From a bacterium (GTDB lineage Bacteria; Patescibacteriota; Minisyncoccia; Phycocordibacterales; Phycocordibacteraceae), in NCBI GenBank assembly GCA_037200965.1, contig JBBCGK010000001.1:160001-224000 (forward strand): a stretch of DNA of 64,000 bases. The letters run 5' to 3'. Position numbers and translations under genes: made by a program. The first letter of the stretch is position 1, and the number at the start of each line of letters is the position of its first letter. The notes beneath the pieces were generated by a model. The model saw only the letters and a program-made list of their open reading frames with translations, was not told the DNA's origin and made no database searches. Of this stretch, positions 1 to 10,143 are shown piece after piece.

Positions 1-966
1 GTGTTTTATAACCAAATCCTCGACTACTGGGATCGCCTCGATCTTGAAGTCCAGTGTGAGGGACGCGTTATAACGCCGCAAGACCGGCTCGAAAAGGAAA
101 CGCTCGACGATGCCCATGCAAAGGAAAAGCAGTACTTCGCCAAATTCTTTGAGAAGCTGATTACGCACCACAACACCGTTCTCCAAGACCTCTACCAGAA
201 AGGAAAACATAAGGAGCTTGCGATGTTCATCAAGGCTCGCTTCGAGTGGATCAGTCGCTTGCTTTATATCAACAAGGTTGCTCTGGCCGACGAGTATGGC
301 GCGAAGATCGCCGGTGCTGGCGTTTACCTTCCATTTCTGCCAAAGCAGATACTTCTCGACTCGGAGTTTTGGGAAGAACTTGAAAAGACTCTATTCCCAT
401 CAGTCATTGAAAATTGCCCAACGCTTTTTAAGGTGTTGTCCGGATTGCTCACGCTCATGTTGCCAGTCATCAATGCCGACGAGAAAAATGTCGACAACAT
501 CATGTATCGCAATCGCCTCGGTCTCATTCTTGGCGGATTCGTATACCTCGTCTGCGAATTCAGGCAGGATTACAGCCTGATGATCGAGTACGTGCAAACG
601 ATTGAAGTTGCGTACCAGCCAGGCCAGTTCGTCAAAGCAATGGAGGTACTCTCGAAGCCGAAGGAAGTCGGAGGTCTCGACCTCACGCTCAAGCTCATAA
701 ACTGGGAGCTTACTCGCTACCATCACTGGTTCGGCGAAATCCTCGGCCAGATATCGGAGCTTCCTAAGACCTACGATAACGTCCGTGTCTATTCCGGCTT
801 GCAAGAGGTCGCAGACCATCCGAGCAAGTTCATCCGTGAGTTGAGCTACCGGCCGTACCAGCCGGAGGAAGAATGCGCGGAGGCATTTGTCGAGTGGGCA
901 AAGAAGCGAGATGCTATCCGACAATTGGTCGAAGTGCTTAAGAAAGTTCAAGAGAAAAAGATATGA
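1..966 (+). CDS. hypothetical protein (first gene of a low-GC four-gene operon; the 5' end may lie upstream of the window)
   Basis: The 321-codon ORF starts at the window edge with GTG. Its stop overlaps the next start (ATGA at 963-966). GC is visibly lower than in the rest of the window. I recognise no domain. Confidence 0.45.
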   Translation: MFYNQILDYWDRLDLEVQCEGRVITPQDRLEKETLDDAHAKEKQYFAKFFEKLITHHNTVLQDLYQKGKHKELAMFIKARFEWISRLLYINKVALADEYGAKIAGAGVYLPFLPKQILLDSEFWEELEKTLFPSVIENCPTLFKVLSGLLTLMLPVINADEKNVDNIMYRNRLGLILGGFVYLVCEFRQDYSLMIEYVQTIEVAYQPGQFVKAMEVLSKPKEVGGLDLTLKLINWELTRYHHWFGEILGQISELPKTYDNVRVYSGLQEVADHPSKFIRELSYRPYQPEEECAEAFVEWAKKRDAIRQLVEVLKKVQEKKI

Positions 967-2066
967 GACGACGCGCTTACAAACAAAGAGTGAAAGGCTA
1001 TGTGTTCGATGATCCGTTCCTCGGCTACATTCAAGGCCGCGACCGGCTAGAGAAGGCGTCATGGAACGCAATGGAACTAAGCAACGAGACCGACTCTGTA
1101 CGGTACTCGCTCTTTCCGTTGCGCGATATACCGGTGGCGGATCGTCCCGGCTATGTGACTCACGAACGCAATTACTTCAGCATCGAGTGCGATGATCCAG
1201 TCTTGAAAAAAGACCTCGAGATGTATTTCACCGACGAGCATTCGTTCTATCGGGATGGCCTGTACGGTCAGGGCGATGTGCTAGGAGGCTTTTTGGAGAG
1301 CATCGCGCACGAGCTGTTTGTGGTCGGCGATTCATTCCGCATGATCGAATGGGAGGAGGTCGATATCAAAGGCCGGAAGTATCAATTTCCAGTCGACTTT
1401 GAATATCTCAGGAACGAGACGATGAAAGTGCGCCGCAAGGGAGGGTTGATCGTAGGTTATCGGCAAAAGTACAGCCTCTTTACCTATCTCAAGGAGAAGC
1501 GATTCAAGGGATACGAGGATAAAGAGAAGCCGCGATCGTTTGAGTTTGAAAAAGAGGAGGTTGTGTACTGCAAGTATCCGTTTGCTAAAAAGTCGCCGAC
1601 GGCGCAGAGCATCAAATACCTTAAGCCAATCAAGAAGTTCTGGCAGTTCGGCATTGATCAATCGAAGAGTGGTGTCGAGGTAGAAAATCATTATCTGCCG
1701 CTTGAGCGAGCGCGGTACACCACCTATTCGCGAGAGAAACGGAAGTACGATATCGCTCGTGGAAAGATACGCACCATTTTCAATTACTTGATGGAAACGA
1801 ACGGGCCTAAGCTCACGCAGTATTACGATATATACACCGTGATCCGCTACAAAAAATTCCTCAATGACTTTAGGGATTATTTGGTACGAGAATTCAACGA
1901 GCAGGTGCTGGCGATCGTGGCAAAAAGGAATGGCTTTACTTCCGTCCCTAAACTCGTCTATAGTGGCTTTCTCTCTAATGCCGAACTGGATGCCGCACTA
2001 CAGGGTTACACAGACGGCACGATCACGTTTGATCAGATTGTTCAGCAAATAGTAAAAAAGTCTTAA
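963..2066 (+). CDS. hypothetical protein (second gene of the low-GC operon)
   Basis: This is a 367-aa ORF on the same strand. Its start overlaps the stop of the upstream gene, suggesting translational coupling. No recognisable motifs. Confidence 0.45.
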   Translation: MRRRAYKQRVKGYVFDDPFLGYIQGRDRLEKASWNAMELSNETDSVRYSLFPLRDIPVADRPGYVTHERNYFSIECDDPVLKKDLEMYFTDEHSFYRDGLYGQGDVLGGFLESIAHELFVVGDSFRMIEWEEVDIKGRKYQFPVDFEYLRNETMKVRRKGGLIVGYRQKYSLFTYLKEKRFKGYEDKEKPRSFEFEKEEVVYCKYPFAKKSPTAQSIKYLKPIKKFWQFGIDQSKSGVEVENHYLPLERARYTTYSREKRKYDIARGKIRTIFNYLMETNGPKLTQYYDIYTVIRYKKFLNDFRDYLVREFNEQVLAIVAKRNGFTSVPKLVYSGFLSNAELDAALQGYTDGTITFDQIVQQIVKKS

Positions 2067-2072
2067 AAAGAT

Positions 2073-2666
2073 ATGGGAGAAAAAGATAAACAAATTCTAA
2101 AAGATTCCGCGTTGGTCATTGCCGACCAGATAGCGTCCGCATTGCCGGGATTAAATATTGCATGGGGTTTAAGCAAGGCATTGTATGGTGCTGGTCTAAA
2201 ACTTCGTGAACAAAGAGCATTGGAATGGATTGAAATGGTTAGAGATAATCCCTCGGCATTTACTGAAACAATTATGCAAGATGCGAAATTCCAAGACGGA
2301 TTTGTGTACGCGTTGGAGCGTTATATCAGAGAGAAAAACGATAACAAAAGAAAAGCGATGCGCTCCGTATTTCTTGGGTTTGCGCTATCTCCGAATCAGG
2401 ACACTTTTGAGCTAGAGAGGATGTACCATGTATTAGGTATTCTTAGTGCAGAGGATATGATCGTTTTGAAGGATGTCGATTTTACACGAACCGATTTTCA
2501 TCAAGTGTATGAGCAGACTACCGACAAAAATGAGAACGTCTACAATTTGGTGAATGCCGGAATCTTGATGTCTGACTATTCATCTCGCATTGGCCCCATA
2601 GCCGCGCCATTTATAAAAGTAACTGCGTTTGGGAAAAGTTTTGTCGGATTCTTAAAATCAACATGA
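2073..2666 (+). CDS. hypothetical protein (third gene of the low-GC operon)
   Basis: 197-aa ORF beginning 6 bp after the previous stop. It is AT-rich. Its stop overlaps the start of the next gene (ATGA). Confidence 0.45.
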   Translation: MGEKDKQILKDSALVIADQIASALPGLNIAWGLSKALYGAGLKLREQRALEWIEMVRDNPSAFTETIMQDAKFQDGFVYALERYIREKNDNKRKAMRSVFLGFALSPNQDTFELERMYHVLGILSAEDMIVLKDVDFTRTDFHQVYEQTTDKNENVYNLVNAGILMSDYSSRIGPIAAPFIKVTAFGKSFVGFLKST

Positions 2667-3175
2667 CAATCTTTTATATAATTATAGGCATCATTATAGT
2701 CATCGCAGTAGCACTCGCAATTTCCCGTGGAGGTTTTGCTGACGTGGCGGAGAAAGCTAAGTATCGCTATAACCGCAAGAATTTCTTCCTTACTCGAGCA
2801 GAGCACGAATGCTATGACGCTCTCGTTGCGGCAGTCGGCGCGGAGTATCGCATTTTCGCACAGGTGCATTTGCCAACACTGGTCGATCACACGGTTCGGG
2901 GGCAGGATTGGCGCGCGGCTCTGGCTCACATCAATCGGAAGTCTGTTGACTTCGTGCTATGCGATAAGGCGTATCTCTCTCCAAAGCTTGCTATTGAGCT
3001 TGATGATAAGTCCCATGAGCGACCCGATCGGCAAGAGCGCGATCGCGAAGTCGAGCGGATTCTGCGCGAAGCCGCCGTGCCGCTTTTGAGGCTAGAGAAT
3101 CATGGCCATTTTGCTCCTGACGAACTAAAAAGATTGATCGAGAACGCTCTGACACCGTCTACTCCAACAACTTAA
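2663..3175 (+). CDS. membrane-anchored DUF2726-like protein (PD-(D/E)xK / NERD-like nuclease fold candidate)
   Basis: The N-terminus is a hydrophobic helix (MTIFYIIIGIIIVIAVALAI). Then comes a block (FLTRAEHECYDAL...IFAQVHL...VDFVLCDK..LAIELDDKSHE) that I recall as typical of the DUF2726 family. It is the last gene of the four-gene operon. Confidence 0.55.
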   Translation: MTIFYIIIGIIIVIAVALAISRGGFADVAEKAKYRYNRKNFFLTRAEHECYDALVAAVGAEYRIFAQVHLPTLVDHTVRGQDWRAALAHINRKSVDFVLCDKAYLSPKLAIELDDKSHERPDRQERDREVERILREAAVPLLRLENHGHFAPDELKRLIENALTPSTPTT

Positions 3176-3470
3176 AACGGCGCAGTTCTTTCTGCGCCGT
3201 TTCTATGTCCTCGAGGACTTTGAGATAGATTCGCTTTGTTTTCTTTGATTTCGGATTGCGCTCGGCAAAGAGGACGTCGTCATCCTCGACGAAGCCGGCG
3301 AGCGAGATGTACGCGCCCGCGAGATGTCTCATGCGATCTTTGAGCGCCGCCTTCAGTTTGGCTTTCGGCTCCGGAAGCAAAGAGAGCGGATTGAGCATGC
3401 CTTTCCGGTATTTGAGTCGTATATCTTTCGCAGCGCGGATAGCTGCGTCGATGTCCTCGGTATCTTCCAT
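3159..3470 (-). CDS. hypothetical small protein
   Basis: 103-aa ORF that converges on the DUF2726 gene. Charged and helical in character. No confident assignment. Confidence 0.3.
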   Translation of the reverse strand: MEDTEDIDAAIRAAKDIRLKYRKGMLNPLSLLPEPKAKLKAALKDRMRHLAGAYISLAGFVEDDDVLFAERNPKSKKTKRIYLKVLEDIETAQKELRRFKLLE

Positions 3471-3836
3471 CGCAACACGACCCTATGCCTATTCGCGTGA
3501 GAAGCCAAGCTCGTTTTGGCGTAGTTACCCACATCTCGTGCCAAGGCTTCAAATTTCGTCAAACCGGTGGTCGAGGGTGCAAACTGGTATCAGTTGTGGA
3601 TCGCTCCGACAAAGTTCGCTACAGGGGCACACAGGCGGGAAATCGAGGGGTTATAGGTTTTCGTACTTGGCCAGGAGGCCTTTCATTTGGTCGAGCACCA
3701 CGGTCGGATATTTGTACTCCTCCGCCCAGTCAAAAGTTCGAAAGTCGTTCAGAAGGGCGAGCAGAATAGGACAGAGAGACTCGAAAGAGTCTTTTATTTA
3801 CCTTGTTATTTTCGAGTTCGAAAGTCTTTCCTAGGT

Positions 3837-4319
3837 CTATCCTCTCTTGAACACGCTGGGCCAGCTTTTCAACTGGCTTTGTGAGTGTGTAGGCCACTTT
3901 TTCGTCCTTAAGTAGTAGGTTCGAAAAAATTTGACCCAAAAAAGTACCCTCCGCTCCTCAGGGGTTCTGCGTAGGTAGATTTCTCGTGCTCGTGTTGCAA
4001 GATCAACAATGTTAAGCCAAATCTCGAAGTATTTAGCCTCATCATCTTTAAGTCTCGAAATCTGAGACTGGGGGCTTGTTTGCTCCTCGGTTATTTCCTT
4101 CTGCTTAGTTTCCCATTGATAGACGGTAATACGTCCCTCCAAACGATCATCGTAAAGTACGTCCAAACGCCTCTGTAAGGCCTTCCAGCGGGCGTTTAGG
4201 GCACTTACGGTCTTCTCCTTGTATTCGATTTCTTCAGCAGGAAGTTTATTTCGAAAGTAAGCAAAGCACCTTAATGTATCATTTCGAAACCTTCTCGACC
4301 TTGCCAGTCGCCCGATCAA
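3837..4319 (-). pseudogene. remnant of a large serine recombinase (C-terminal coiled-coil region only; the catalytic N-terminus is missing)
   Basis: RLDVLYDDRLEGRIT and TPEERRVLFWVKFFRTYYL resemble the C-terminal coiled-coil and tail of large serine recombinases. No resolvase catalytic domain lies upstream, because the neighbouring gene's stop abuts it. Frameshifted continuation fragments lie at about 3480-3940. Confidence 0.4.
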
Positions 4320-5196
4320 GTGAATACTGTCCGCAATCTGCGCATGTTTGTTCGCCTGCGCCGTCTCCCTTCAGATATTTGTAGAACAAGACCTGCGAGC
4401 CGTCTGTTGAGAGAGACGCGCTATCCGAGAAGCCATATGGGAAGCTCTGTACGGTTGCTGCCTTTTTATCAATAACGCAGATGCGAGAAGCACTCATATA
4501 TCCAATCACTTGCAGGTCGTCGGAGAATGCGCCGGGAAATATTTGCGGTTCGATAGGATCGGCATCTGCCGGATTGCACGCCGGAGGCAGTGCCTTTGCA
4601 TACTGCGCGTTGTCGGTGATGAGGCTTGCAGGACCAAATCGCTTGTCGCTTATATAAATCGCATTCTTATCCCTCGAAGCACTCTGAGGCAAAATCTCGA
4701 ATGTTGTAGGGTTGGCACCGGGCAGCTCGCGCCACGTATCCCAGACGCGGTACTGATCTTTGGCATAGCTGCTTCCCGGAATCACACTGAAAGTCCTGGT
4801 ATCCGCGCCGGGCACGAGGTAGTAGCCTCCGTAGACGACATGCGTTGCGTCTTTACCGTAGTTGGCATCAACAACGACAAAGGTCGCTGGATCAAAATTC
4901 GCCACGACATTTGTGCACATGTAGACATTGTTCTTGTCTTTAGCATATGCACTGTTCGACGATGCTTCAAACGTTGCGACGTCCGCTTCGCCTATGGGAT
5001 TTCCCTGGCAATAAATCGTATCGCCATTCATCCAAAACCATTTGTTGTCGCTGACAGAGGGTTCATGTTTGGGCAGGGCGCTCGCCGGAATCCATGTGGA
5101 TTGCTGAGAAGCTGGTGAATACATTTTCCATATCGCAAAACCGCATGCGAGTATCGCTACAATCAGTATCGTGCCAAGAATAGTTTTTCGTTGCAT
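4279..5196 (-). CDS. secreted or membrane-anchored DKNYY-repeat protein
   Basis: N-terminal TM or signal sequence. Repeated DKNNVY, DKNAIY, KDQYRVW and THVVYGG motifs match the DKNYY repeat family. Confidence 0.6.
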   Translation of the reverse strand: MQRKTILGTILIVAILACGFAIWKMYSPASQQSTWIPASALPKHEPSVSDNKWFWMNGDTIYCQGNPIGEADVATFEASSNSAYAKDKNNVYMCTNVVANFDPATFVVVDANYGKDATHVVYGGYYLVPGADTRTFSVIPGSSYAKDQYRVWDTWRELPGANPTTFEILPQSASRDKNAIYISDKRFGPASLITDNAQYAKALPPACNPADADPIEPQIFPGAFSDDLQVIGYMSASRICVIDKKAATVQSFPYGFSDSASLSTDGSQVLFYKYLKGDGAGEQTCADCGQYSLDRATGKVEKVSK

Positions 5197-5200
5197 CTTG

Positions 5201-6028
5201 TTAGAAGGTTAGGTCTACTCCCCGTAGTTTTTTGTTCATCGTCTGCAGCGCATTCGGCTGAGCGTTGGGATTCTGCACGACCTGCGAACCGTCGAACACG
5301 GAAATATGTATCGAGTTGTCGGTATGCGTTTCGTCGACTAGGAGGCTGAAGTCGCCCTTGCCGTTGTGGTACGTTTCGCTGCCAGTGAGCTTTGATCCCG
5401 GCACGAGGACGAACGTACCCTGATCAAGCGTATAGGTATAGATGTCTTCGTAGCCGATATACAGCACAGTCTGTCTGCCGTTCGATGCAGGTTGTGGACG
5501 CTCAAATGGCAGGCGGTGAGCAGCATAACTCGCGGCATTTTGGAGGTAGGAGCTTTCGCCTGTCTGCGAGTCGATCAGCATATCGTAGTAGGTATGCGTA
5601 GGAACCGTGATCAATACATAGCGTTTGCCAATCGCTATCGGCCACGATTGCGAATAGTTGTCCCCGTGCCCGTTAGCGGCTGCTTTGGATGCCAAGATGT
5701 CGGCCACATCGTTCCTGATCTTTTCCTCCTGCGGAGTGAGAGACTTGCCGTCGTAGCTTCTGCTGTCGACAAAGTACGGCGTAATGCCCTGCAGATCCGT
5801 TTGTAGCTTAGTGAGCAATGCAGGATCGACCGCAGTTTTATCAACCACAATTGGTGCGGAAGTGTCAGTAGTTGAGGATGTAGAAGTCGAGGTGGAAGTG
5901 TTCGTGGTGGGCGCGTGCTTTTGAAACACGACGAGCATGGTGACGCCGATTGCTGCCACAATGATAATTATCGCCCCGACCGTTTTACTTATTGGAAATC
6001 GTGTGTTGTTCATATTTTGACGACGCAA
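5201..6028 (-). CDS. membrane-anchored hypothetical protein (paralogue of 11483-12868)
   Basis: N-terminal TM helix, then a Thr/Ser-rich linker. The C-terminal domain shares TPQEEKI, GSETYH, ETHTDNSI...VFD and NA.QTM.K..R.V.L blocks with the protein at 11483-12868. Confidence 0.55.
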   Translation of the reverse strand: MRRQNMNNTRFPISKTVGAIIIIVAAIGVTMLVVFQKHAPTTNTSTSTSTSSTTDTSAPIVVDKTAVDPALLTKLQTDLQGITPYFVDSRSYDGKSLTPQEEKIRNDVADILASKAAANGHGDNYSQSWPIAIGKRYVLITVPTHTYYDMLIDSQTGESSYLQNAASYAAHRLPFERPQPASNGRQTVLYIGYEDIYTYTLDQGTFVLVPGSKLTGSETYHNGKGDFSLLVDETHTDNSIHISVFDGSQVVQNPNAQPNALQTMNKKLRGVDLTF

Positions 6029-6405
6029 TCAAAATTAATAGCCTTATGGTACTCCTTTTCAGGCTTTTTAGCTTGTGTGAGTGTTATGACGTGCAAAGGC
6101 CTCGTTTCTTGCTGGAGTATAATGAAAGCCTACAGCGACGCGAATTCCCATCAGCTTCGGCTGATGGGAATTTTCGTATAAAAATCACTTTACAAATTCA
6201 AAGGGCGACTCCCGACGTAGCACCTTTACGGCAGCCTCCATCTCGTAGGACTTGTAGCCACTTAAAATAACGGTTCTAAGTTCTCGCACCGCTCGGAGCA
6301 AAGCTGGGCGGACCGACACGAAAGTGTCGGTTTCGTCTTTATTTGCCTAATTCTTTATTTATGATATAGTCCACTCGGCAACTTGAACACGGAAGGAATA
6401 CGGCC

Positions 6406-6771
6406 ATGCCGGTCGGATCTGTCAGACACAAACACGGTCGTGGGCTTGGCGAGCTTGCGGCGAAACTCACCGAGGCGCTGCCTGGCATCGTCGCGCCTGC
6501 GCTCAGCATCGAGGGGCGCGAAATCCACGATGGAAAGGTCACGCCTGACGAAATCATCATCCGGTGCGAAGAAGGAACTGGGGCCGACGCGAACGCGAAA
6601 GACCTCGAAATCATGATCTTCGCGCACGACTTCCCGGAACGCTCCGCGAACCTCGAAGACCGCAAGAAGATCGTCCTCGAAGGTGTCCTTGCGTTCCTCG
6701 CCGACTGGGACCGCAACGTCACGGGCTTCGTGTGGGTCATCCTTGCGCCGACCGCGTTCGGCAGCTTTTAA
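6406..6771 (+). CDS. hypothetical protein
   Basis: 121-aa ORF with a GGAAGGAA RBS upstream. It is followed by a hairpin plus T-tract terminator at 6797-6827. Confidence 0.45.
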   Translation: MPVGSVRHKHGRGLGELAAKLTEALPGIVAPALSIEGREIHDGKVTPDEIIIRCEEGTGADANAKDLEIMIFAHDFPERSANLEDRKKIVLEGVLAFLADWDRNVTGFVWVILAPTAFGSF

Positions 6772-6838
6772 TTCAATGGGCTTGTGCGAACAGAAGGGCC
6801 GCCGGAGCGATTCGGCGGCCTTTTGTTATACTTTGAAT

Positions 6839-7315
6839 ATGACCGACACCGACTTCATTAAGCTCGCGATTGAGGAGGCCAGGAAATCACAGGCTGCGGC
6901 CGGCGCTCCAATCGGGGCTGTCATGGTGAAGGACGGGGAAGTGATCGCGACAGGTTGGAGCTTGGTGTGGCCCAAGAAAGACCCTTCCGCACACGGAGAA
7001 ACCGCTTGTATTCGTGCTGCCTGTGACAAGCTCCAGTCGCTCGATCTCTCCGGCTGTACACTCTATTCAACCCTTGAATCCTGTTCCATGTGCCTCGGCT
7101 GTGCTAGTTGGGCCGGAGTTTCGCGTGTCGTTTTCGGTGCGTACAAAGAAGACATACCGGAGAATCCATACGAACTCACTGACTATCATGCCGAGGAACA
7201 TGCCAAGCGGCTTACTGCTCCGGCAGGACAGAAGGTCGGGGTCATCGGCGGCGTTTTACGCGAGGAGTGCGCGGCACTCATGGCGAAAGTGAAGAATTGG
7301 ACTCCAATGGAATAA
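6839..7315 (+). CDS. CMP/dCMP-type zinc deaminase (TadA / guanine deaminase-like)
   Basis: HGE...(PCxMC-like) CSMCLGC zinc-binding motif and an overall cytidine/deoxycytidylate deaminase pattern. The start was chosen at the ATG after the terminator. Confidence 0.7.
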   Translation: MTDTDFIKLAIEEARKSQAAAGAPIGAVMVKDGEVIATGWSLVWPKKDPSAHGETACIRAACDKLQSLDLSGCTLYSTLESCSMCLGCASWAGVSRVVFGAYKEDIPENPYELTDYHAEEHAKRLTAPAGQKVGVIGGVLREECAALMAKVKNWTPME

Positions 7316-7329
7316 GCTACAGTTCCTGT

Positions 7330-7647
7330 ATGCAAAACTGCATCATCATCCACGGCTGCCCCTCGAACGTCGAGAAGGCGATGAATCCCGAGACTCGGAC
7401 GCATGATAAGCATTGGATTCCATGGGTTAAGAACACGCTTACAAAATTCGGAATTCCGACCGAGGCTCCGCTCATGCCCGAACCGTGGGAGCCGTCATAC
7501 GAGAAATTCAAGGCAGAGTTGCGCCCGCTCCACTACCCTCTAATCGCGAGCCGCCTCTGCGGCAAGATGCCCAGCGAGCGTAGTGATGAAGGTCTTGAGA
7601 CTGGTGAGCTCGCTCATGTCCGAGTAGTCGCCGGTGTCCTTGGCTGA
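7330..7647 (+). pseudogene. N-terminal fragment of a YdeN/RBBP9-like alpha/beta serine hydrolase (truncated)
   Basis: IIIHGCPS...HW.PW...FGIPTEAPLMPEPWEPSYEKF resembles the N-terminus of the Ser_hydrolase family. The ORF then runs into and overlaps the convergent endonuclease gene, with no sensible C-terminus. Confidence 0.3.
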
Positions 7648-8274
7648 CTGCGGCGAGAGCATGATGCACGCCGACGTGTAAAGCTGTTCCTGCACGAGCT
7701 TTTTGCAGAGGATGTTGTAGCGATCGGCATAGGATGCGCCTTTGAATTCCGGAAGCAATGGGAAGTGCGGCGAATTATCCGTCACTGGCGAGCGCGAGCC
7801 CGGCGCGTCTTCGAGGAGCATGAGCCAGCCGACGAATGGCTTCGGTTGTTCCCCGAACGCTCCTTCCCGGTACGCGGTCCACAGGTCGTGCGCGGTCCCG
7901 ATTGCTTCTTCTATGCGATTATTGAAATTATTGCCGAACGAGCCGACCTGCGACTTGAATTCGAGCGCGGCGACGAGACGGCCTTCGCTGAGTATGAGGA
8001 AATCCCATTGCTTAGTTGGTCTGAAGAAGCCCGGTAGGGTGACGAGACGCCCGCTATGAATGACCGTCGCATCTGTAAGGCCATTTGCTTCGGCAAGATC
8101 TGCCATCAGCGTGGCGAAGCCATCCATGTTCTTACCCGCAGTGACTGCGCCGCGGGTTCCTTGGTCTACAGTTCCGGATTCCTCCTGTTGCCGGACCGCA
8201 ACACTGCGATTGCCCCAGAACAGTTCGACTGCCTGTTTAGCACGCTTCTCGTATTGCGCGAGGTCTATGGCCAT
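7540..8274 (-). CDS. type II restriction endonuclease candidate (PaeR7I/XhoI-like)
   Basis: 244-aa ORF lying 5 bp downstream of a methyltransferase gene on the same strand, arranged as an R-M operon. Size and general composition recall the XhoI/PaeR7I family. The family call rests on recollection alone. Confidence 0.5.
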   Translation of the reverse strand: MAIDLAQYEKRAKQAVELFWGNRSVAVRQQEESGTVDQGTRGAVTAGKNMDGFATLMADLAEANGLTDATVIHSGRLVTLPGFFRPTKQWDFLILSEGRLVAALEFKSQVGSFGNNFNNRIEEAIGTAHDLWTAYREGAFGEQPKPFVGWLMLLEDAPGSRSPVTDNSPHFPLLPEFKGASYADRYNILCKKLVQEQLYTSACIMLSPQSAKDTGDYSDMSELTSLKTFITTLAGHLAAEAARD

Positions 8275-8279
8275 ACGTT

Positions 8280-9986
8280 TTATGCCTTGATGGTAGCACG
8301 CTCGGATGGAGAGAGAGAAAACAAGGCGGATACGGCTTCGTCGCGGGCTTCAGAGTCATCACTGCCCGCTGCCGCGCGAAGCGCCTGCTGCAGATCCTTG
8401 GAGACATCGCTCCACCGCGGCAACCGGATACGCCGCAGATACTGTGCCTGAAACCGGAGACAGTTCCCGTGCATGCGCGTCGAGTAGGTCTCGATGAATA
8501 CGCGCGCGATGCCAGAGAGCAAGACGGCACGGAGCGCTTGAAGATCCCATTCGTCGGAGGTGATGTAGTAAAGATTGTGATGAGGATACAGCTTGCCCTC
8601 GTCGTAGACGATATGGGCATCGCCCTTGATATCTGGGATCAGGAGTTTCGGCTTCTGCACGAGCTCCGGATAGATACGGTCGATCGTGCGGTACCAAGCG
8701 CTCGGGTTCTTCTTGGAGACGTGCCGGTTCCTGATCGCCACTTCGTGCTGTCCGAGGTATGCGCGCAGCCGGGGATACTTCTCAAGCGAGACCGGCTTCC
8801 CGTCATTCCCGAATGGATTCACGACGCCCAGTCCGCGCCATGCTACCGTACCCGTCTGAATATCCTTGGTCATTACGAGCGGAAGTTTGCACTCGGCCTC
8901 GACATCGAGCGTATCGAAGGGCGCGATGAACACATCGTCTGCCCCCGTCGCAACGCCGATACCCACCTTGCATCCCGTTTCCTCCAGCGTTGGGAAATCA
9001 CTCTCAAGGCGGCGAATGAGCGCGAGTGTGTCCGACTCCTCAAGCGTCCATGGGTCGCCGCCGGTGATGGTCGTTACTTTTACGGACTCATGGTCGGCCA
9101 ATGCGCCTCGCACGAGCGCGCGGGCCAGATCCTCTAGCGCAGATGCCTCAATCTCCGGGCGCTTCGCCACATAGGTCGGACCGGCCGACTCGCGGGCGAT
9201 TACGGTGATTGCCGGATATGCGATCACTTCCGAATGGAAGGCTGGGGTACCGACCATGTCGACGTATGTCCGCATGTGGAATCGCTTCGCGACAAGTTCG
9301 CGGAGGGGACCTCCGTAGCGATTCTTCATCCAGCGGTCAGCGCAGATAAAACCGAGCGTGCCGCCCTCATCGAGGAGCTTCAGCGAGTATTCGATAAAAG
9401 GGATAAAAATATCTGCTCGATCGTAAATCGTCTCGTACCGGCGACGGTACTCGGCCATCAGCACATTGGGTACCATCTCTTGCCTGATGTACGGCGGATT
9501 TCCGACAACATGAGTAAAGGAGTGCCCGAATGGCGTGAGCAGGAAGTCGCCTTGGACGAGCCAAGCCCCAAGGATTTCTTCGCTTTGATCGATAGTTAGT
9601 CCGTTCTGGAGGAGAATCGCTCGCACTTCCTTCCTCGTCTTATCAAATGACCCCATGTGGAGCTCCACCCCGCGGATACTGTCTCTCAAGAGATCTGCAC
9701 TGGGCTTTATGTTCCTAGTCTTGAGCGAGGACATGAGCCGCTTCACCGCTGGTATGAGGAAATCTCCATGTCCGAACGACGGTTCGAGAAGACGTGCCGC
9801 GTACAGTTCATTGGAAGGCACATAACCGACGAGGTCGAGTATAAAATCCACCACTTCCGACCGCGTGAAAATGGCCCCGCGGTCGTCGGTTCCTGCTGCT
9901 GCAAACTCCTCTATGGCAGACGCGACTGGAGAAAGGCCGGGGAGGAATTCCTGCGCGAGCTGTCCTTTTAGCGTGCCAACTCTCAT
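8280..9986 (-). CDS. N6-adenine DNA methyltransferase (Eco57I/TaqI-like gamma-class)
   Basis: NPPY catalytic motif ([10 protein letters not shown]). An AdoMet-binding region lies upstream ([11 protein letters not shown]). The start is set at MRVGTLKG (ATG at 9984-9986). The upstream in-frame extension is Cys/Ser-rich and does not look like protein. Confidence 0.7.
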   Translation of the reverse strand: MRVGTLKGQLAQEFLPGLSPVASAIEEFAAAGTDDRGAIFTRSEVVDFILDLVGYVPSNELYAARLLEPSFGHGDFLIPAVKRLMSSLKTRNIKPSADLLRDSIRGVELHMGSFDKTRKEVRAILLQNGLTIDQSEEILGAWLVQGDFLLTPFGHSFTHVVGNPPYIRQEMVPNVLMAEYRRRYETIYDRADIFIPFIEYSLKLLDEGGTLGFICADRWMKNRYGGPLRELVAKRFHMRTYVDMVGTPAFHSEVIAYPAITVIARESAGPTYVAKRPEIEASALEDLARALVRGALADHESVKVTTITGGDPWTLEESDTLALIRRLESDFPTLEETGCKVGIGVATGADDVFIAPFDTLDVEAECKLPLVMTKDIQTGTVAWRGLGVVNPFGNDGKPVSLEKYPRLRAYLGQHEVAIRNRHVSKKNPSAWYRTIDRIYPELVQKPKLLIPDIKGDAHIVYDEGKLYPHHNLYYITSDEWDLQALRAVLLSGIARVFIETYSTRMHGNCLRFQAQYLRRIRLPRWSDVSKDLQQALRAAAGSDDSEARDEAVSALFSLSPSERATIKA

Positions 9987-10143
9987 GTGTTTAATAATAC
10001 CATTCCCGGGAGTGAGAGAGCGATTTCGAGGTATTGAACCATTACGAAGGACTTGACACAAGTATCTACTTATGATAGAGTCTGTCCTGGTAGTAGATTC
10101 CATTCCGGCATCTCCCCAGCCACGAACCTTACAGGAGGCTTCC

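Noticed and set aside
3353-3562. 69-aa and 90-aa ORFs in the 3470-3840 gap as real genes
   Set aside because: They overlap each other in different frames inside the decayed recombinase region. They are most likely frameshift debris.
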